From the NCBI RefSeq assembly GCF_009914755.1, contig NC_060938.1: a stretch of 64,000 nucleotides of DNA; one strand, written 5' to 3'. The stretch comes from the human T2T-CHM13v2.0 reference genome, Homo sapiens. Position 1 is the stretch's first letter; each line of letters starts with the position of its first letter. Below, piece by piece: positions 13,636 through 28,059 of the stretch. Both the position numbers and the translations under genes were made by a program. The notes beneath the pieces were generated by a model. It was not told the origin of the DNA. It was given only the letters and a program-made list of their open reading frames with translations, and searched no databases.

Positions 13636-14259
13636 TTAATGCATTTCTTTACCTTAACTTATCCCTTGGCGTGTAATAGCATGTCTCACAATGTGTGCCT
13701 AGAATAATTTAATGCCATGAAATGCTCTAGCAAAAAAGCTCTCCCTGGTCAAAAAGCTGGTAAACTGTATATCTCTCAAATATTTCTTATTCATATCAAT
13801 GCAATAATGGCCCTAAGCAGTCCTGCAATAAAGAAACCTATTTAACTTTGTTCACGAGTATTTTCTCAGACTCACTTGACCATGGAGCATCCGCTTATCT
13901 CTCAAGAGCACAGTGTTCCACAGAAATCACACATTGGGAAATGCTGGCCTCTCAACCTGCTTAAGTTCCTCTTATCTAAGATCCCATCACTCCCTCAATG
14001 ACCTTTGTCTCCTTTCTTCTCTCCAAGCCCCGTTTTTGACCAGCCACATGCTCCTTGCCATCTGGCACCCAGCTTTATTACACTAAAATGTTTCTCTCAA
14101 AAGTTATCCAAAATTTCCTTGATACTGATCTAGTGGGTGGATGTTTGTTTGTTTGTGCCCCAAGTAAATAAAACTTTTTATGTGGTGATCATGATGACTA
14201 TCTTTTTCTTGTAATTTTCTGCTCCTCACCTCTTTGAACACCTTTTTTCCTCCTCCTGA

Positions 14260-14596
<337 letters not shown>

Positions 14597-15527
14597 CTCT
14601 GTACCTTTTTTATCTGCTGGAACCCTGGGTGATTTTATCTAACTCATGATTTCTGGAGGTCTTGAAACTCTTTGCCCCAGCGTCTCACCACCGCTCCAGT
14701 TGCTCATTTTCTACTGCTGGCTACACCTGCCCACCAGAACATATGAAAAGGCCTTCTCAGCCTCACTGTTCCCACAAAATAAGGCAGTGAAAACTATCTT
14801 CCCTACTACTGGAAACCCTGGAGTCAAGAAACATAATCACTAGAATATATTTTCCAATTTAAAATTTCTACTGCATCGCTTTTTACTCAACTAGTTCCTA
14901 AAGGAATTTAAACTAGCTCGCACCTTATATACAAGAAGCCCTCAATAGCTATCTGTTGAATGTGAAATATTAATGTGATCTTAATTTGTTTTATAAGAAT
15001 TTCTCTCTTAAGCATTGCTGCTAGAATTTTAAATATTCAAAAAAAGAAATTAATCATCACAGGCCCCCAACTTACTTATATCTCATGCAACTAGCTCCTT
15101 ATCTAGACTAAGATAGAAAGTCTCCTTCCCTTTGGTAATTACCATTACCATTACCATTATCACAATGTTCTTTTCCTTCTAGAGGGAAAAGTTCTCTCCC
15201 TTTATGGCAATAGACAGGACGTTGGTCAGGATAAGGTCAGAACTTTAGACCCCTGGCGATCCTTATCTCTCCCCAACCATCCCCTTCCTTCCCTTCACCC
15301 TGCACATCTCACTTATCTGGCTCCCATTTTAATCCTTCAGGTCATCCTCCTTCAACCTCTCTCTGCCAAAACTTCCTCTCCATCACAAGAGCCACCACCA
15401 GTGCCTTTGATCCACAGCACTCCACGTCCTATTGCCCACAGATGGGAGAGGGAGTTCTCCCATTCCACTTGGGGATGGGGAAAATGACCTACCCTGATAT
15501 TCAATGGCATTCAGAATACATGTTTCT

Positions 15528-15630
15528 TTATTATACTCTTTAAATATTATTATTTAATAATTATTTAATATTAATATTTTTAATTGGTAGTATATTAATA
15601 TTGTTTAATAATGTTTAAAATAATAATTGC
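15528..15630. repeat. Extremely AT-rich low-complexity tract
   Basis: About 100 bp almost exclusively A/T (TTATTATTTAATAATTATTTAATATTAAT...). Confidence 0.8.
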
Positions 15631-17469
15631 CTTCTGCATTTCAAATACATTTCACCTACTGGCCAGGAAACTCAATAACCATTTATCACAGTGTTTTCAT
15701 GGAAAAAAAATAGCTTCTGAGTTTTAAATGTAAATTTACAAATGAAATTAATTGCTCAAAAAATGTTCATATATTGGGAACTGTGTTTACCCTGGCATAG
15801 AATTATTATTATCTATATTATTATTATACTTGATTCTAAATTCCTGTCTATGTTTTGTTGCTATTGGTAGCTCAAGAGATTAAATCAATGCAATCCAAGA
15901 AAGACCTCCCCAATTAACTTTTAGAGTTGAAATTCAGGAGACTGTGTCTCAGACTCTTTCAGGTAAAGTGAACAAATATTTTGGATAAAACACAAATGAA
16001 TATTTGATTTTCCAACTAACTCGATTTTGTGAACCTTTGTAGGTAAAGTCAGTCAAGGTTTTAATATTAAAATGATGAGAACTTTTTAGCCACTCTTCAA
16101 TCTGCTTCGGATTTCTGCCACCACCTTAGGAAGATGTTATACTGCTGACGACGAGGTGTGACTTTGTCACATCAAAATACATATACACCTATGCTTAAGA
16201 TGGAAAGGTGATTGTAAGTCTCACAGTTCGAAGGTACAGCAGGATGGGATGGAGCAGAAGGTTTAATAATGAGAAATTACAGTTTTCTGCAATTCTTGAG
16301 GATCGGAGGGAGGAAATTATTTGCTTTATGCTGGTGGCAATTTCCCTAAACCCTGTGAGATGACATAACTCAAGCTGTTGTAAATGCAGACATGGTAGCT
16401 ACCAGCCACAGCTCTTGGTTGGAGCAAGATTCCCTGGGGCATAAAATATATTGAAAAACCTTTCTAAATAGGATTGATCACTTAATTTGACTGTTTTAGA
16501 GAACATCTTATGTAGTCTTCCATTTCTGGCACTTGTGCACAGCCCCTTGGAAGCTTAATCATTTCCACCATAGATGTGTGTACATCTGCACATATATTTT
16601 AATTAGATCATCTAATCACAGAGATGATCATAAATATAATGTATTAAAAGTGTTAGACACTAGTTATAGAATATTCCTTACCTTGGCTTTCACAATATAG
16701 TACCATAGCCAGTAAGTTCTTCCTCCGAGAAAAAAGTTAAATCTATAGATGCATGCTTGTGTCTTTTTTCCAAAATACATATAGTGACATCAACAATTGC
16801 GACCAGGCCTCAAAACAAAACAACCTGCAGCACAAAGAGGACCATTGTGTTTAAACACAGAGGAGCTGATAGGTGTTCAGTTAGCCACACACTTTATTTT
16901 GAGGGGTTAACTTTTGCCTCTCACTTATACTTTTTCTTTCATGAATGAGCAATTAATTACTTCACTGCTGTCGCTGTTTCAGCACTTCAATTTACAATAG
17001 CCCTTTGTTTTCTTGCAAATGAAAAAAGCTTTGAAGGATTTCAATCTTCAAAAACACAGAACACTTTCTTTCTCTTTATTTCTGAACACATAAAAAAAAG
17101 TCTATTCTTATGTATATTTAATAACAGGCTTCAAAAAGAGCCTTATTGTGCACCTTAACATGATCTGATTGATTCTTGCAGCTAAGTCAAAGGAACACAT
17201 ACAAATCCTAGTTCTGGGAAACGTTTTCTATTTAAAAATTCTAAAGTGTAAACTTTATAATAAACTAGGGGAGAAACATAAATATGTTGTATTTCATTTT
17301 AGATACAGTTAAGTACAGTTTAAACACAGATGATAATGTGACTTGTATAATTAAGTGCTTCATCTTAAGTCACAGAAAGTTCAGTGCTGTTACAGTTAAC
17401 AATTAGAAAGAAAACTTTCTATGTCTTTATTTATGTTTGTATCTTGAAAACAAGGAGATACATGTTTGT

Positions 17470-17473
<4 letters not shown>

Positions 17474-17500
<27 letters not shown>
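17474..17500. repeat. (AC)13 microsatellite
   Basis: Read directly from the sequence. Confidence 0.97.
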
Positions 17501-17502
<2 letters not shown>

Positions 17503-18275
17503 CTTCACGGGCAAAGGAAAATAAAACACTGAGGCATTGTCTGGTAGAATTAGTGGGCATTGATCATACCTGAGACATAAATCCCTAATATTCATCTTTT
17601 ATTTCTCAAAAACAGATTGTTGATAGAGCAATAAATTTGGCTAGGATAATACAAATCCAATGATTTAGAATGTTTACAGAATTTAAATCTTCTAGCTGAC
17701 TCACTAGTCTGATCAATTCAGCATTAACCAATATATACTTCCTGTTTTAGGCCATGAAATTAAAAATATGAGCAATTCAATTAAATGTATAGAATAACTT
17801 CCATCCTCAGTGAAGAGGAATTGAACTTAGTGTATGTTAATATCTTAGTCTTGCTATTAAAAGAAAAATTATAGTCCTGAAACAAGTTTGCTGATTGTAA
17901 ATCACTTCTTTCTCATAATATTGGCGAGAATGCCCATGAGCATAACATCCAAATCAGTTAATAGAGGACTCTAAGTAGTTAAACTCCAGCAAATTGAGAA
18001 TATACTGTAAGTACGCAGCTGTTCACTTAATCTTACATTTTACAAGTGCAGCATTTTGTGTTTTTTAATGTGAATGTCTTCTTCCTGGTCCACTGAGAAC
18101 TCAAGGTGTTTTACCATTTATGTCAAAATCAGATACAAATTAAAACAGCAAGGCAAGATGTATGCTGACCTGACAACCCATCACCCCATCAGCTCATGTC
18201 TGCAGAAACAGCTTGCACTCTGGTGGTCAAAGTGACCACCAGCAAGGTCCTGAGCTTTGGAGCTGCACTCCATCA

Positions 18276-18603
<328 letters not shown>

Positions 18604-19159
18604 CATCATTCTTTATTCAGTTAAATAGTGGTTCAAAGTCAGAGTCATCCTGCTGAGCTCCTTGGTGGATACTGGGCATCCACAGTTAGGTTAGATTGAC
18701 GGGAACACAACTCTTTATTTATGGTTACCTCTGTACCACCAGAGATAACCATGGGATTTCAGGGCCTTCAACGAACACAGCTGGAATCCAGTGATCTAGA
18801 AGTCCTATGTTTCAGAGAACTGGAAGGATCTGGTGCAACCCTGAAACAAATACTCAGCTTTCCAACCTTGGAGTTCTATCTTAATACAACCACACGGAAA
18901 CAGCCTCACATAAAATACAATGGACCACTTGAAAAGATATTCTATCTTGGCCTAAATTCCTGGCTGGGACACACTACTCATCTCTAGTATAATTTTTGAT
19001 ATTTGAATATATTACCCCATACATGGCTATGGCATAATGTGTTTAACCAATCTCCCAGTGCTGGCCATTTCTAGTGTTTCCCATTTTTACATTAAAATAG
19101 TAGCTCTGCAACAACTATCCACACAGCTGTATTCTTTAGAGGATAAACCTCAGGAGTTA

Positions 19160-19350
19160 AGAGTATAATCATGAGTGCACGGCAGACTGAAGTTCAAACA
19201 TTAACTCTGTCACTTTCTAATGGTGTTTTCATGGGCAAACCACTTGTCATCTCAAAGCTTTAGTTCCTTCATCTGTAAAAGGAATATAATTGCTCCTAAT
19301 TCTTCGGGGTCTTGTGAGACTCCAGTGAGAAAGTACATGTAAAATTATAG
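19160..19350 (+). mobile_element. MIR relic
   Basis: ATGGGCAAACCACTTGTCATCTC...TTCCTTCATCTGTAAAAGG core. Confidence 0.7.
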
Positions 19351-19561
19351 TAAATAATTTTCAGTTTTCTCTTAAACACCTAGTCGACTATATTTATTTC
19401 CTTAGGATAAATTCATAGAAGTCAAATTACTTTACCCATGTACATTTTTAAAACTCCTGATGCTTGTTGTCTAATTTTCCTCAATATACACAATTCCCAA
19501 TAGTAATATCCAATTGTATAGTAATTATTTGTGAATTGGCTTGTACCTAGAACTAATCTGA

Positions 19562-20013
<452 letters not shown>

Positions 20014-20145
20014 AGCACATCCATTTTTCAAACAGCACCGCCTTTTCAGCACCACCTTTTCAGAAATGGGCAAAGGCCCTGCTTCTCATTCATTCTGGAG
20101 GCCACTGCTGGTAAACAGAATCAGGTGGGTGACATAGTCAATAGC

Positions 20146-20322
20146 AGCAGTTCTCACCTAAGGTGCTTATTTTAAAATGCAAATTCCCATGTTCTACTTG
20201 CAGAGATTCTGATTGAGAAGGTCTCAATAGGGTCCCAAGTATCTGAATATTTAATTATTAACTTCCAACCACCACCACTCCTGATATAGGTAGTGTATGT
20301 ATTCAATTTTTATAGGCACTGT
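20146..20322. mobile_element. MER5-like hAT-Charlie MITE relic
   Basis: CAGCAGTTCTC...TTTAAAATGCAAATTCCC...CAGAGATTCTGATT is a MER5 signature. Confidence 0.65.
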
Positions 20323-21412
20323 CTCTGGAATCTTTGCCTCAAAATACCAGAATTCTGAGTTCTTTCCAGCCCTGTGAATCTATAACACATTTTCTAAAAA
20401 CATGACTAATCAGAATAAACTCAGAATGCTTGTAATTTATACATAATATTTACCGATTAGTAGAAGGTGCATTGTTGCTAAACTAGATAAGCTTTCTGTT
20501 GATATGGGGGGAAAACAGATAAAATAAGGATGAAGAGTTCATCCTGATACCTGTCCACACACAGCCAAATTTCATCCTGGTACTTGCTCATGGTATGATA
20601 AGAACTGAGTTGATCTGCTTGATTTTCACAGAAAATAGAAACTGTGCTACCATGAGTCTCATTTTGTTTGATCCAGATTTTCCAAAGACAAGAGCTGGGA
20701 GTGGCCTCCATAGAGGCCACCAGCATCGAAGCCCATGAAGGCAGAAATAATCAGCTTCCCTGTCACCTGCTGTCCTTTAAGGGGCATTCCAAAACTAAAA
20801 GACTCAGGTGAAGGTTTGAAGAAGGCAGCCCTCAGAAAGTTCTTCAAGGTCAGCAGGAAAAATTCAAGAACCATCTGCTCATTTTGCAATGGAGACCCAG
20901 AAGCCAAGCCCAAGAAAGGAGCATGCAGAACTAAAAGACAAATGATGCTAGTAAAGAGAAGCTCTTAAGCTTGACTGCCAGTTCATGTAGTTTTGGTTTG
21001 TATAGTTCTGGATATAGTTCTATATCCAGCTTTTCTCAGAATGGTTTCCAATTACCCAACTACCCTGAGTCTCAGATGAGAAAACAGGGATGCTATCGCA
21101 TCACTTTTGTCTTATATAAAATAGGGTAGAGTTGTTGGGAGTAATATATTAGATGACTTAGCAGAGTGCCTGTTACAAAATATAGGTGGTAAATCATTTT
21201 CCTTCTCTTTCCCTCTCTACCCTCACCACATCTTTACCCCCAACCTCTATCTCTGTGCATCTGAATAGGCCTGCTAGCTCACACATTCCTATGACATATT
21301 CCTGTGGCACATTCCTATGTCTTTTTAAATAGCAAGCAATAATTTGTTGAAAACATGATTATATACCAGCATATTTGTTACAGAGTATATACTGAAAATA
21401 TAAATCATGATT

Positions 21413-21805
<393 letters not shown>

Positions 21806-22009
21806 ACAACTCTGGAGAATACTGAAAATTTTATTAAATTTTATTATTAAGTAATTTGATGTATTAAAATTTAATTCATTAAAAATTATCTGCTGAATCT
21901 TCCATAAGTACTTTAGAATTCAGAGAAAGAAGGAATCTATGAGCCCGAATCTCCAGGGAAGGCCTCGAGGAGTGGTCATGGTTTAACCTTAGTTCTGAAA
22001 TAAAAACAT

Positions 22010-22210
22010 TCACTGATTATTTACTATGTGTTAATTATACTGAATACTTTACAAGAATTATTTTATTCAATCTTCAAAACAACCCAATAGTTATGTATTA
22101 TTATTCTCATTTACTGACATAGACGGTATTTTTCCCAAGGTCATAGTTGGTAAGCAAAATAAGTGGGTCTCCATCCAAGGTCTGGTTGACAGCAAAACCT
22201 GTTCTCTAAA
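22010..22210 (-). mobile_element. MIR relic
   Basis: ATTCAATCTTCAAAACAACCC...ATTATTCTCATTTAC...TTCCCAAGGTCATAG. Confidence 0.65.
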
Positions 22211-23054
22211 AGATGGGAAGGATTTGCATAAAGAGAAAATGCAGTGAGTGTTACAAGACAGCAGAATAGTATCACCAAGTGATTGGAACTGGTGATCAGA
22301 TCAGGAATGACTGGCATAGTCAGGAAACTATGGGGTGGTGAAGGTGGCTAAAGGTGAGATTTCATAGTGAGAGAGAGGCCCAAGGAGCCCAACTGTTAAC
22401 CTAGTGCCACAGATGAAGACATCAGGTTTTACAGACTGTCAGCCACAAGAAGAGATTCAATGAGTTCCCTGATCTGGTTAGAGAAATGCAGATGTGAGAG
22501 AGATCAGGCTTTGGTGTCTGTCACCAGACAGGTCTCCTGGTTCTGTCCAGGTGATTCAGCTGTGAGACAGGTCCCCATCCTCCCTCTCTGCTCCCCAAGA
22601 GAGGAGTAAATGTTGCTCTGTATCAAGACTTCCCAACAAGTTTAGAAGAATCTCTTTAAAATGACCCTTTTTATTTCAGACACTCAACTTGTTTTTGACT
22701 ATAAAGGCAATTGCTTGAGAGGCTAAACTCCAAATCACAGGGGGCCAGTTATTGCCTGTGACCTCCAGAGGGAATGAGGCTTTCTTCAGATGCAACATCT
22801 TAAAACTGGCAAATAAAAATGCCCATTTTAAACAGCAGAGACTTGAGTTAAAAGAAAATTATATTTTGATTCAACTTGCTCAAAAAACACTTTAATGCTT
22901 ACCCCAGATTTGCTTTGCTTTGCAATCTAAAAACATATAAATGTGAGTAAATATGTATGTATATCTGTGTGTATATTATATTATGATGTATACATGTAAG
23001 TATATACTTGACAACATTCAAACAGGCTTTGAGAAACTTTGATTCTCTGTGTAG

Positions 23055-23596
23055 TGACAGGGTTCAGGATAGGGTACCCCAAAATCTAGCACCTTGGCAT
23101 TTAGGAAAACAGCAGAAGCAGGACAGTCTCTCTGACCTCCTGTCCGCCCTCCCCTGAAATGTAGCATAGAAACTGGACTCCCCCTCCTCTCTTCTCCCCC
23201 AGTGCAAGCCATAAAACCTAGCTGATCTTCTCCTGAAGTAGGTCATGAGACCCCCATTCCAAAGGGGTCCTCCCTATACCAAGAGGAAATAAATGCCTGA
23301 AGACACAGAGGCACATAAAAGAATCTGAACAGGCCTTGATAATTCCCCCCAGATTATTATTATTATTAGGTCTTATCCTTCATCCTCCAATCACACTTTT
23401 GCATGACTATCCATAAAAATGCACCGGGTTTCCTGTTTCTTTGGGTCTTCGTTTCTGAAGGCGCTTGTATCACATGAAGCTTATATTAAATAAATGTGTA
23501 TGCTTTTCTCTCATTAACCCATCTTTGGTTATAGAGGCCTCTCAGCCATAAGCCTTGTGGTGGGTGAGGAAAAAGATATTACTTTTATCCCCTACC
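23055..23596 (+). mobile_element. ERV1 solo LTR, MER34/MER39 group
   Basis: Starts TGACAGGGTTCAGG...CCCCAAAAT. Contains AGGTCATGAGACCCCCATTCC and ATTAAATAAAT poly(A) region. Ends ...CCCCTAC. Imperfect 4-bp TSD GTAG/ATAG. Confidence 0.85.
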
Positions 23597-24239
23597 ATAG
23601 CTAAGTTTTAAAAGAATATTCTAGAGAGGTCTAATTATGGTTTAACAAATTAGGACAGTATAGGTCAGTTTCAGTTCACTGTTGGCTGGGATTCCAGTGT
23701 TTTCATTATGCCCTGGCTTTATTTTTATAGTAATAATCAGGAAATCATTTAGCCCAGATATTAGCCAAATGTCTCATCAAAGAAAATATTTTTGCTCAGA
23801 TAGCTTTGCCTTTATCATTACTCTCTCCTTTTTATGAAAGTACCATTCAGTTTACATTAAAGATGTAAGATATAACAGACAGGAATAAGAAAAGGGGCAA
23901 CTCTGGGACAGAGAAATGTTGAGATTTGTCCCAAGCATTGTTCAGGCAACACTACTCTGCAAATAAGCCCTTTCAAGACCCCAGTGCACCAGGCATTCTG
24001 CACACTTTCACATCCAAATCAATTCTAGTCTATGCCATATACCTACACAATTCAAGTTCTCATCGTCGTATTGGTAAAACAAATAGTCCATGGTATTTGA
24101 GACTCAGATATAAAAACCATTCTATATAAAATGATGACAAGTAACATGAAGAATAAGGCAATATTATATTCTTGAATTTGTAGTCATGGAATCACTCTAA
24201 CTGTCCTCGTATCAAGAGAATGCTGCTGGAAGGAAATGT

Positions 24240-24505
24240 GGCAGTGTGAGGTAGCAGAAAGTACACTGGCTTTGGCGACAAGTTCCCAGAGTTAGCGTTC
24301 CTTCACTCCCCCCACCCGACCCCTGTTCCCTGACACTTGCTGTGTGACCTTGAATAAGTTATTTCATCTCTCTGACTTTTTCCTTGTATGTAAATTGAAG
24401 GTATGAAAATATCTATTTATCCTATTCAAGATTTTTGTGAAGATCAAAGGAAACAATCCAGTTAAATGCCTTTTGGAAATTATAAAGCATCAATAAATAT
24501 CATTG
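24240..24505 (+). mobile_element. MIR relic
   Basis: GCTGTGTGACCTTGAATAAGTTATTTCATCTCTCTGA core, followed by GTGAAGATCAAAG. Confidence 0.8.
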
Positions 24506-27415
24506 TTGCTGCTTTCACTATGATTTACAAGGCTAAGAATTCTTGTACCCTGACTAGATAGATTTAGATTTGCTTAGAAGGACGTGTTTCCTATAAAATG
24601 CATGCTTGGTCTTCCTTCAGACACTAAACCGACGCCATAATACAAGCTCATGCATTTAACTGTCGTTTCCACATAAGGTTTATTTGGGACTCATACTATC
24701 AGATCCCCTTGCCTTATGAGATGCTCAAAACACCTTTATCTATCCTAAAAATTAGAATTTCAGAAGCCATTGTGTTGTTCTCCAGGCCTAAGTACACTTT
24801 TTTCACTTATCAAAGAAAGATTATACAGCCAGAATAATTCGTATATTGCTGCCTCTTTAAGACATCTATTCATTGCTCCTGGCTTGTATTGAAACCAGAT
24901 GGTAAAACCAAGACTGGAACATCCTTTGGTGTCCAGAAGGAGGCCAGTCTGGCCAAAGCATTGTCATTCCTGTCAGCAACCAGAGTCAAAAGCATTTTTA
25001 TAGTTAATCATCAGGAGTGCCTACTGGCTCCAACAGGCATTCATGCAGTATTTGTCAGCGTGAAGGCTCTGTCCACACTACAGATGACACCATGTCGGCG
25101 AGAACTGTGTTTCAATATCCTTTAGCAATGAGCTGAGCAAATTTTCATGGCTGATTCCCAAAGCAAACCATAATATAAAATTTAGTGCCGGACTTCTTTT
25201 TTTACCAAACTGAGTGGATAATAATACCTTTTATTTCTAAAAACTAACCCCTCACATCAAGTTTGCCCTGGAGCATTCATTAAAACTCAGGAAGTTAAAC
25301 AACTGCAGCAAATTACCACAGATAACTTTAAAGAAATTAACCCACCTTAAAACGTACTTTTATTTCAAAAGATGTGAAGCTGCAGTTTTAGACTCTGAGG
25401 GGCCTAAGTAATTTCATGGATGACAGCCGACTAGTAAAAATCCTGTCTCCACCTACAGTTGCAATAATCATTTGCAGCAAAGAGATGGTGAATACAAAAA
25501 TAACATAATTGGGACAAATGCACTATGCTTTGGAGTTAAAATAGAGGAGTTTTCGTGGCCACAGAAAAGGAAGGCATTGAATAATAACACTTTAAAACAT
25601 GTCGAGGGGGTGAACTGATCAGGCCTTGTATGTAGCTGATGGAGGCTATTCATCTTTCAAGTACTATCAAGAAGCAAATCCGGATATCTGGAAAGGAACA
25701 TCCAAAAATGGCTTTTCCACTTCACAATAGAGGCTTGTCACCATATCAGAGTGACTCAGATGAATATTTCATATGAAAGATTCAGGTAAAGAAATTTGAA
25801 GGAGATGCTTGGGGCAGCAGAACTCAATTGCAATTACATACTAAAATATTGCAAGAGGATCTAACACAGATATGATTTCTTTATATGATGGAATTGTACA
25901 AGCAAAACAGTGTTTAGGACACAAACCACAGAAATTTCAGGTTGTAACTGATGAATACTTGCAGAAGCTAGAATCCCATAATACTGAAGCTATTCTGCCT
26001 TCCATGGTATCTATATAGTGCTTATAATTCATGGTTTTTTCACCAAGCAAAGTAAGATGAGATTTATAATGGCAACCCTAATATTCTCTAGTTCATGGAA
26101 GTTAAGATACCTGATGCAATGCAGATTGATTTGTTTTGGGTTGATAACATTTGAAATGTGATGATCAATGTCATTTATCTTCCTCTGTTTAAAAATGTTG
26201 CAGAAATTACCTAAGATATGTGGATGCTGATGGGAGCTTGCTGATTTGGTTTGGTCTTCATTGTTTCTGAACGAAGAGTGACTATTTTATCACAAGTAAA
26301 CCCATGGTTGTCATCTGTAATGCTCTCTATTATTTTTGAGTTTTTACACTGAGAATATGTTATAACAGCCATCTAAAAGGACAGAAGAAACTTAAAATTA
26401 GGCATTTTAGTCATAAATCCTGTGAACAGGAATTATTTAATAGCCTCTGCTATTTTGAAAGGGCAGCAATTGAAAAAAAAATTTTAGAAAAAGAAACAAT
26501 CTAAAAAATTTAGTCAGATTTTTGTTTACAAACTGTTGTGTTATGGCTTGTCCCGTGTGAAGTTTAAGAAAAATAGTACCACACATCTTAAAAAACCAAA
26601 CACCACAGTAGAGAGCAATAATGTAGAATATAGTACAAAGGTTTATTTCCAAGAGCCCACTGCCTAATTTAAATGTCTTTTGACTGGCCAATCATTTTCA
26701 CTGGTATGCCAAAATGACTGGAAACAAGCTTCCTCTAACCCCTCACTCTAGTTATTAACTGAGCCAATCAGAAAAAAAAAGACCGATTTTTAATCTACAC
26801 AGTAAACAGGTTCATACATTTAAAGAAACATGGCTCTCTTAGCTGCCCTTTGTTAGATTAGAGAAAAGAAATCTATTTCATCCTCAAGGAAAAGTTATTT
26901 CCTTTGTTTTCTGACATATAAAATGAACTATAAACAGCTTTACCGTAATAAATTAAAATGTCCTAAAAATCATCCCAATACTATAAGAGATTTTTATTCA
27001 TTAACCATGACTAAAAGACATTCAATGATGAAAGCTATATTAGGCTAAAAAATATTGTTCAGAAAGGAGTTGCAGGATTCTGTCCTTTTTTTACTCCACG
27101 TATTATATAAAAGGAGAGCTGAAAATCATCTGGAAATAATTTTTAAGCATTTTAAACAGGGCCCCTGATATTAATTTTCTCCTCACATTTATATTAAGAA
27201 GCTAATAAAATATGGATTACATAAAGTCAAAAGATCCATATAAGCCTTCACTTGTTATATAAAGGGCCAGAACCTTATGTAATATGCATTTTCTTACTAA
27301 TTCTTCAAATTTTAAATGCTTTGTGTGATAACGAGGAATACTGAATAATGGGGTTTAAATGTTTCTAAAAACTGAATATGCACAGAGCGTTTGAGCTACT
27401 ATTGCCAGTAGTTTG

Positions 27416-27430
27416 GTGACATCTAGTGGA
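27416..27430 (-). promoter_or_regulatory. Candidate CTCF site in unique DNA
   Basis: Minus strand reads TCCACTAGATGTCAC, close to the CTCF core CCACYAGRKGGCRC. Motif match only. Confidence 0.5.
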
Positions 27431-28059
27431 AATAGCGACTTCAGCCTACCTTCCTGAGTTAACTTTAAATCCTATAGCAAAGGGAAAGTGTTTAGAAGAT
27501 GGCTAAATCATCAATTCCCTACCTTCTTTGCTAAGTAACAAGAGTGAGCGAATTTAGCTAAGCCTTCTGAAGAAAAATAAAATCCACCCCAATTACTGTG
27601 AACAAATCTGTTCTAATTATAAAATACACGGTCTTTGTAAAGAATTTGGAATACGCAAAAACATACAAGAAAATAAAATTATCCATAATCCTTCCACCCG
27701 CAAGTAAACACCAGTGATATTGTATGTCTTTTCTTCTAAGCTTCATAATATATTCTTGTTGGTGTTGTTTTTTTTACTAAGTTTGGTTATTATAAATATA
27801 TAATTTTATATCCTAATTTTTTTAACATTATGTGAGCAGTTTTTGTATTTATCAGGTATGAAAAATAATCTTAGTTATGAGAGGCAGAGAACTATATCAT
27901 CACTTATTTTTCAAAGTAGGATGCAGCAAGCCAACAATTCTGTGAATCCTGTATGGCAATCCATGAATGATAGAAAAACATGGTTCCAATAAAGTTCTTT
28001 TATTAGCACAATACACAAAAAGACCATGTTATTTATAGAAATGTTAAAAATGTGTTTTA

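Noticed and set aside
15223-15239. DR5-like nuclear receptor element TGGTCA-N5-AGGTCA (also AGGTCA-N5-AGGCCA at 35262-35278)
   Set aside because: Each has a mismatched half-site and is expected by chance in 64 kb.
16072-16148. C/D-box snoRNA-like spacing (ATGATGA ... CTGA, 77 nt)
   Set aside because: No terminal stem, no clear internal C'/D' boxes, and no match to a snoRNA I recognise.
20703-20718. GGCCTC-CATA-GAGGCC as a histone-type stem-loop
   Set aside because: The loop lacks the conserved U-rich sequence, and no histone ORF or downstream element is present.
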